DNA of 64,000 nucleotides from a virus: IMG/VR virus record IMGVR_UViG_3300032007_000082, positions 2,444 to 66,443 of that record; one strand, 5' to 3'. Shown piece by piece: positions 58,770 to 64,000 of this stretch (position 1 is its first letter; each line of letters starts with the position of its first letter). The notes under the pieces were generated by a model. It saw only the letters and a program-made list of their open reading frames with translations, ran no database searches and was not told where the DNA came from. The position numbers and the translations under genes were made by a program.

Positions 58770-59429
58770 ATGTGTTTAAAAGTTAAATTTATGGCTTATT
58801 ACGGATATTTTCATGATAAATTTTTGGTTTTAGCAAGTAAAAAATTGAAAACAAAGGAATACACTGAAATTGCTATTGGCAAAACAGATGATGGGTATAA
58901 GGCGGTGAGAGTTCCATTTGTTTTTGATTACATTGACGGCCGAGTCATCAAAAAACTACACAAGGAGCTTGGCGGGTATTACTGGGCAGCGAAGGAGTTT
59001 GCACGGGAGCAATGGTGCGCCGATGGCGGTTATTGCATTGAAAAGCACAGTGCAAAGGCGGCGCGCGTCATGACAGAAAAACAAACAAGCATCTACTGGG
59101 ACAACTACGTTATGTTTGATAGACAATATGTTGACGGACATTTCAAGGGTGCGAGCATGTTTATAAATGGGGTGTGTTTTGCAACGTGTGGGTTTGATGC
59201 AAAAAAAGAAGATCAACCGCATATGCATATTTTTAGAAATATTGCATCTTATATTGATTTTAAAGATATATCAAAGCAAGATATGTATAAGCGCTTGATG
59301 TGGGCTTTTAGATGTTCTTGTGCGTGCTACTCTGGCAAGGCACGACAAAAATTTAAAAAGATTTTTGAAGAGGAGATCAAAGTTGGTTTTGATTACGAAA
59401 GCACGGAAGAAGAGTTAAAAGCGGCTTGA
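58770..59429 (+). CDS. hypothetical protein
   Basis: 219-aa ORF ending LKAA. Confidence 0.7.
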   Translation: MCLKVKFMAYYGYFHDKFLVLASKKLKTKEYTEIAIGKTDDGYKAVRVPFVFDYIDGRVIKKLHKELGGYYWAAKEFAREQWCADGGYCIEKHSAKAARVMTEKQTSIYWDNYVMFDRQYVDGHFKGASMFINGVCFATCGFDAKKEDQPHMHIFRNIASYIDFKDISKQDMYKRLMWAFRCSCACYSGKARQKFKKIFEEEIKVGFDYESTEEELKAA

Positions 59430-59468
59430 TGGGGGTTTAGATGGAAAATGTTAATTGATGTGTTTTAA

Positions 59469-60038
59469 TTGGTGAGTATGAATGATAAAATAGAGCAAAT
59501 AAACGAATTATTAAATAATTTGAATGAAGAGGAGAGAGGCACTGTATTGGATAGTTATACTTCACGGGAGCTACTCCGCAAGGTGTGGAATAATAACGAT
59601 GTGATTGTTCCAAATTATTATGATGTTGATTATATTGTTTATTATAACAGGTGCACGCGGGAGGATGCGGAGAAGATAATAGAATATATCAATGATAGCA
59701 GTATTGGCGATTATGTTTCTTCTGATCTACTTCCTGAATACATTGCGGCGGCTAACGAGGACATGGAGATCGAAACTTATGACAATTTAGATTGTAAAAC
59801 AAAGGAAGAGATTGACGAATATGTCCAAAGGAGAAAAATTGAGAGTTGGTGGGGGTTTGGTGTGTGGGAAGAGTTCAAAAAAGAAAAAATAGACACACAC
59901 AAAAAAGTAATGTTTAGCAAGAGCGTGGTTGATGGCACGCAGCGGGTAGATTTCATTGTTGATATTGACGGAGTGCAAGTGCATTACTGGGATTACGACA
60001 CGGGGGCGGATGAGTTTTTGAAAAGTATAGGGTTTTAA
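59469..60038 (+). CDS. acidic hypothetical protein
   Basis: 189-aa Asp/Glu-rich ORF. Confidence 0.7.
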   Translation: MVSMNDKIEQINELLNNLNEEERGTVLDSYTSRELLRKVWNNNDVIVPNYYDVDYIVYYNRCTREDAEKIIEYINDSSIGDYVSSDLLPEYIAAANEDMEIETYDNLDCKTKEEIDEYVQRRKIESWWGFGVWEEFKKEKIDTHKKVMFSKSVVDGTQRVDFIVDIDGVQVHYWDYDTGADEFLKSIGF

Positions 60039-60039
60039 T

Positions 60040-60285
60040 ATGACTAATATTGAAGTTTGTAAAAAATATAGCAATGGTTTGTTTGTTTGCACAAAAAGTA
60101 AAAGGAGCAGTAATTCTAACAATAGGATTAAATGCTTTTTGTTGGAGCGTGTGAATGGTAAGGAACGGAGGAGTGGGGTGTTTTTTACTATTGACAAGAA
60201 AACTAACGAAGTATTGTTGAATGATTGTTATGGCGCTGATAAGCATATACAAAAAATTATTAATGTTTTAATGGGAATTGATTAA
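60040..60285 (+). CDS. hypothetical protein
   Basis: 81-aa ORF with coupled junction. Confidence 0.6.
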   Translation: MTNIEVCKKYSNGLFVCTKSKRSSNSNNRIKCFLLERVNGKERRSGVFFTIDKKTNEVLLNDCYGADKHIQKIINVLMGID

Positions 60286-60353
60286 ATATGACTGGGAAGA
60301 GCATGATTATTGACGGCTTGGGGTTCACGGAGCAAGAAAAGAAAATGGTTTAT

Positions 60354-61825
60354 AATAATTTTTGCAAGAAAACACAGAGGGTCTTCAGCCACTGTGATGA
60401 ATTGCTATTTTTTTTGCAGGGTAAAAAATAAAAGTCAAGAATTTTTTTTGTAAAAAAACTTGACTTTTACAAAATGATATTTAAATTTTAATAAAAGTAT
60501 ATGGTCGCTTGTAGTAAGGCAAAAAGATTACAAATTAAAGCAACAAGACAGGCAACTCGTGAGCGGAGAAAATCGCAAACGATAAAAACATATACTCTCA
60601 AAGTAAATAATCAAAAATTATCAAAACAACAACAAGAATATTTACACAAGATTTTCATTGAAGCAAAGTGGTTTTACAATTTTCTTCTGCAAAATGATAT
60701 TTCAATGAAATATAATGATGTAAAAGACATATTAAAACAAGATATAGTGAAAATCAAAAAGAAAGATGTTTTTGAGGACAGAAAACTTGAATATTTGTCA
60801 AGTTCATTAAAGAGGCAACTGCATCAAAGAATATGCAATAGTATAAAAGCATTATCAGTATTAAAAGCAAAGCATATTCAATCAGTCGGTAGATTAAAAT
60901 TTACACCTCAAATCAACAGCATAGATTATCCGCAATACAAAATAACTTGGAGATTTGCTGGACAAAATAAAATACAAATTCAAGGATGTAAAAAAGCATT
61001 TAGAGTATTCGGTTATTCTCAACTCAAAAATGTCAAAGAATTCAGCAATTTGAAATTAGTAAGAAAAGCAGATGGTTATTATTTTCAAATAACATCAATG
61101 GAGGATAAGATACAAAGAAAACCAACAAATCAAGCAATAGGACTTGATTTTGGTATAAAAGACACTATAACAACAAGCAATGGAGATAAATACAAGTTTG
61201 ATTTCCCAGAGACAAAAAGATTAAAAAGATTGCAAAGGCACGAAAGCAGGAAATTACTTGACAAAAACAACAAAAAAAGTAAAAATAGATTAAAATTGAG
61301 AAATAAGATAAATATTGAATTTCAAAAAATCAATAATAGAAAAAAAGATGCAACAAATAAATTAGTCAGCAAATTAGTCAAAGAAAATGATATTATTTGC
61401 TTGCAAGATGAGTTAGTCAGTCAATGGCATAAAGGAATATTTGGTCGTTCAGTTCAGCACTCTAATCTTGGGGCGATAAAAAGCAAATTGAAAGATTTGC
61501 AAAGCACCCACGATATTAGAGTGATAAAAAGTGAAATTGCAACAACCAAAAAATGCTTCTGTGGACGCAAAAATGCTGTATCATTAAATGATAGAGTATT
61601 CAAGTGTGAGAAGTGTGGTTTTGAATATGATAGAGACATAAAAAGTGCTATCTATATTCTTGTTTGTGGATTACAACAACAATCCACATCGTCAGGAACT
61701 GGCGATTATACTTGTGGAGAGAATGTAAGAATTATTGTTGATGGAGATGTAAAAGTCAAAATCAATAATAATCAATTTTCAATGAAGCAAGAAGCCCAGT
61801 CGTCTTTAGCGGCTGGGTAGTTCAC
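60354..61825 (+). mobile_element. TnpB-only IS200/IS605-family element 2
   Basis: left hairpin 60373-60396, right hairpin 61795-61817 ending GGTAGTTCAC; TTTAT candidate target motif at 60349-60353. Confidence 0.8.
60501..61820 (+). CDS. tnpB: TnpB-family nuclease, variant RuvC-II (QDE)
   Basis: GLDFGIK, IICLQDE, CFCG/CEKC, DRDIKSA. Confidence 0.9.
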   Translation: MVACSKAKRLQIKATRQATRERRKSQTIKTYTLKVNNQKLSKQQQEYLHKIFIEAKWFYNFLLQNDISMKYNDVKDILKQDIVKIKKKDVFEDRKLEYLSSSLKRQLHQRICNSIKALSVLKAKHIQSVGRLKFTPQINSIDYPQYKITWRFAGQNKIQIQGCKKAFRVFGYSQLKNVKEFSNLKLVRKADGYYFQITSMEDKIQRKPTNQAIGLDFGIKDTITTSNGDKYKFDFPETKRLKRLQRHESRKLLDKNNKKSKNRLKLRNKINIEFQKINNRKKDATNKLVSKLVKENDIICLQDELVSQWHKGIFGRSVQHSNLGAIKSKLKDLQSTHDIRVIKSEIATTKKCFCGRKNAVSLNDRVFKCEKCGFEYDRDIKSAIYILVCGLQQQSTSSGTGDYTCGENVRIIVDGDVKVKINNNQFSMKQEAQSSLAAG

Positions 61826-61957
61826 TTAGAAACACCGTCCGAACCGCCGCTTGACTGTTTCAAGGGCGAGAAGGGGTAGTATAGCTTGCATGAAGTTTTG
61901 AGTTTTGATTGGAACGCAGAGGGTTTCCAAAAGGCAATAAATTTTTTGAAAAAAAGC

Positions 61958-62006
61958 TTGACAATTAAAATTAAAAGGTTATAAAATATATGTTAAAAGT
62001 TTTTAT
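61958..62006 (+). promoter_or_regulatory. rightward early promoter
   Basis: TTGACA 61958-61963, GTTATAAAAT, and a GTTAAAAGTTT leader shared with 56534-56583. Confidence 0.65.
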
Positions 62007-62657
62007 ATGTTGAATTTAGAATTTAAAAAGAACTGTTTTTGTTCTGCAAATGGGTTTGATGATTTGAAAAACAAAAAATATTTTCTCGTAAAACATTTTG
62101 AGGGATCAAAAGGGGGTTGCGGGCTATGGCATCATGTTTGGAAAACTTCAAAAGAAGATGCAGACAAAGATATTGAGGATAGAGGGGGAGTTGTTACTAT
62201 GAATGATTTGAAATTTAGAAAAATGACACTTGCGAGTTTTTGCGAGGAGAATAGGCGTCTTTTTGAATATAACGAATCTTATAAATGGGACGGCAAATCA
62301 AAGGAGTTTTTGCCACGGTTCTCTTGTAGACATGTGGCCGAGTTTAATTTTAATGAGTTGCAACGCGTAGTAGAATATATTGAAACTGGCGGGAGTTATC
62401 GTTTTATTCAAATGGCTCTTGCGCAAAACAAAATTGTCATTAAAGACGAGTTTGGCGAGTATTATGGCGTGCAGTGTGGCAGGTATTACATTGTGGAGGT
62501 TGACAAGGATGGAGATACTATTTGCACGTGTGAGCATATTCCATTATACTTTCAGCCCACGTTCACGAAAAAAAAGGACACCGCAAGCGACCTGATTGGC
62601 AAGAGCTTGAAGGACATCACGACACCACCTGACGCAGATAGGGAGGTGTGTATATGA
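62007..62657 (+). CDS. hypothetical protein
   Basis: 216-aa ORF after the promoter. Confidence 0.7.
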   Translation: MLNLEFKKNCFCSANGFDDLKNKKYFLVKHFEGSKGGCGLWHHVWKTSKEDADKDIEDRGGVVTMNDLKFRKMTLASFCEENRRLFEYNESYKWDGKSKEFLPRFSCRHVAEFNFNELQRVVEYIETGGSYRFIQMALAQNKIVIKDEFGEYYGVQCGRYYIVEVDKDGDTICTCEHIPLYFQPTFTKKKDTASDLIGKSLKDITTPPDADREVCI

Positions 62658-62764
62658 CACGACCAATTAGCGCTATTGCGCGAAAGACAATTCATATAAA
62701 ATAACTTTTAACAGCGCCCGCCAGTGCGTTTCTGCAACTGGCACACAGTTTATTAATATGATTT

Positions 62765-63343
62765 ATGAGTAATGATGTAGTGCATAAGAAAATATTGCAA
62801 GATTTGTTAATATCTTGTCTGAAATCAACTTACAACGTAAGAGATTACTGCAACGATTATTATAGTTATAATAATAGTATTTACAACAAGGCAAAAGAAC
62901 TTGCAGATAATTTTGTTGATAATCTTGAAGATAATATTAAAAATTACCAGCAAAGACAGAGTGAAACCAAAAAAGAGCAAGAGGAAAAGCAAAAATTGTT
63001 TGATAAAAAAACATTTAAGAAATTTCAAAAATTAGTAGAAAAAGGAATTAAACACACCCCTTCTCGTGCTTGTGGATGTCCTGTAAGTAAAAAACAATTA
63101 GATTATAATTTTGATGGATATGAGGTAATACCAAATGAATCCTCTGGCGTTTGGATTGTAAAAAACAAAGACAGATGGGATGAAAAATTACAAAATTGTG
63201 TTTTTGATTGTGTTATGTTTTGGCGAACATTAGACGACATAGCTTCAATCAAAGAAAGATATCAAGGTTCTGGATATTATTTTTATGGTAAAAAGATTTG
63301 TGAATTTTCTTGGGAGTTTATGCACGAGAAAAGTAAAAAATGA
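62765..63343 (+). CDS. hypothetical protein
   Basis: 192-aa AT-rich ORF. Confidence 0.65.
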   Translation: MSNDVVHKKILQDLLISCLKSTYNVRDYCNDYYSYNNSIYNKAKELADNFVDNLEDNIKNYQQRQSETKKEQEEKQKLFDKKTFKKFQKLVEKGIKHTPSRACGCPVSKKQLDYNFDGYEVIPNESSGVWIVKNKDRWDEKLQNCVFDCVMFWRTLDDIASIKERYQGSGYYFYGKKICEFSWEFMHEKSKK

Positions 63344-63636
63344 TTAGAAAACATAATTGTGTTAATATTTGTGAAGATATGACATTAACACAAGAACAGA
63401 CATCGGCTATCAAAAAACTGTCAAAACTACGTGCAGGTGCGCTCTTCATGGAGATGGGCACGGGCAAGACAAGGACAATGATTGAATTGACAAAATTGCG
63501 TGCTGATTATGATGTCATTGCGTGGATAGCGCCAGCTGCGCTAATCAAAGATGCGGGATATGTTGCGGAAATAAACAAATGGCAACCAACCAAACCTATT
63601 GTTTTTTACACGGAAGAGGTGGGGGTGCAATGTTGA
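63340..63636 (+). pseudogene. N-terminal remnant of SNF2/DEAD-like helicase
   Basis: LTQEQ..A...GALFMEMGTGKT Walker A, then a stop before Walker B. Confidence 0.75.
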
Positions 63637-63805
63637 GCCAGCGGCAAAGATGATTAAGAAATGGCGAGAATTAGGTTGCGACAATGAATTTTTGACAAAA
63701 AAAGTTGGGATGTCGGCAGATGAAATCTTGCGGTTGTCGTTATCAAACGGACTGCCCGAACTGTTTGCAGGGCAGGAATTCTCAAAATCATGGAGTATTG
63801 GTTAA
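63620..63805 (+). pseudogene. C-terminal remnant of IbrB/ParB-like protein
   Basis: G.D.E....KVGMSADEILRL...GLPELFAGQEFSKSW resembles the IbrB C-terminus. Confidence 0.65.
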
Positions 63806-63808
63806 TTT

Positions 63809-64000
63809 TAATTCCCCCGAATTCGGGGGTTTTAATTTGGTGGAATTCCACCTAAATAGAAATGTGCAATTTTTGCACATTGCAATATAAACAAAAAAAA
63901 TGCACATATCAATCTAATTCGGGCGAATTCGCCCGAATTAAAAACAACTTCTCGCGACTTATTGCCACTTTGTTGAAACGCATAATCTAAATCGGCCGAA
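63809..64000. repeat. array of 26-bp GAATTC-centred palindromes plus a TGTGCA/TGCACA hairpin; truncated by the window edge
   Basis: units at 63809-63834, 63833-63858, 63915-63940 and a partial unit at 63988-64000. Confidence 0.85.

Larger units (their letters stand above)
60288..61984 (+). pseudogene. small early gene split by IS element 2
   Basis: 5' part MTGKSMIIDGLGFTEQEKKMVY joins in frame to LETPSEPPLDCFKGEKG*YSLHEVLSFDWNAEGF after 61825. Confidence 0.45.

Noticed and set aside
62654-62745. 16-aa ORF MTRPISAIARKTIHIK plus GCCAGT/ACTGGC hairpin
   Set aside because: Most simply a truncated gene start and a terminator-like hairpin; too little evidence for more
63705-63890. 61-aa ORF spanning the palindromes as a real KilA-N gene
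   Set aside because: Only the short palindromic segments resemble KilA-N; the rest of the domain is absent
1-64000. Stop-codon reassignment
   Set aside because: Long genes are intact in code 11 and use TAA, TAG and TGA as stops; the in-frame TAGs near 31163 and 61877 lie in IS-damaged remnants
1-64000. Integrase, att site, tRNA or host chromosomal flank
   Set aside because: None recognised; the IleRS and FtsK hits are isolated fragments inside phage operons, not host genes

Overview
The whole window looks like most of an AT-rich tailed dsDNA phage genome with a contractile tail (DUF3383-type sheath, baseplate J, DUF1073-type portal, DUF2213-like protease). No integrase, tRNA, rRNA or CRISPR array is evident. 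Layout: leftward early/middle genes at 1-13.2 kb (NinB-like, IrrE/ImmA peptidase, RecT-like + YqaJ pair, VRR-NUC, SSB); an XRE regulator; virion genes split unusually into several oppositely oriented blocks; a replication initiator with an internal GTTGACA iteron array; a MoxR-AAA/VWA operon; a lysis region with endolysin, spanins and two HNH-type nucleases; and a rightward early region with an amidoligase + GATase-II pair. There are two TnpB-only IS200/IS605-type elements and a degenerate cargo-carrying derivative of one of them. Spanins imply a diderm host; the HTH, FtsK-gamma and IleRS sequences hint at an alphaproteobacterial (Rickettsiales-like) host, which is inference. Most notable: (1) an array of 26-bp GAATTC-centred palindromes with co-varying arms at the right edge, cut off by the window; (2) a stand-alone internal fragment of type-2 isoleucyl-tRNA synthetase with its own RBS; (3) a stand-alone FtsK gamma domain flanked by exact 17-bp repeats; (4) the mini-IS with a passenger ORF. 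All family assignments are from motif recognition by eye, not database searches.
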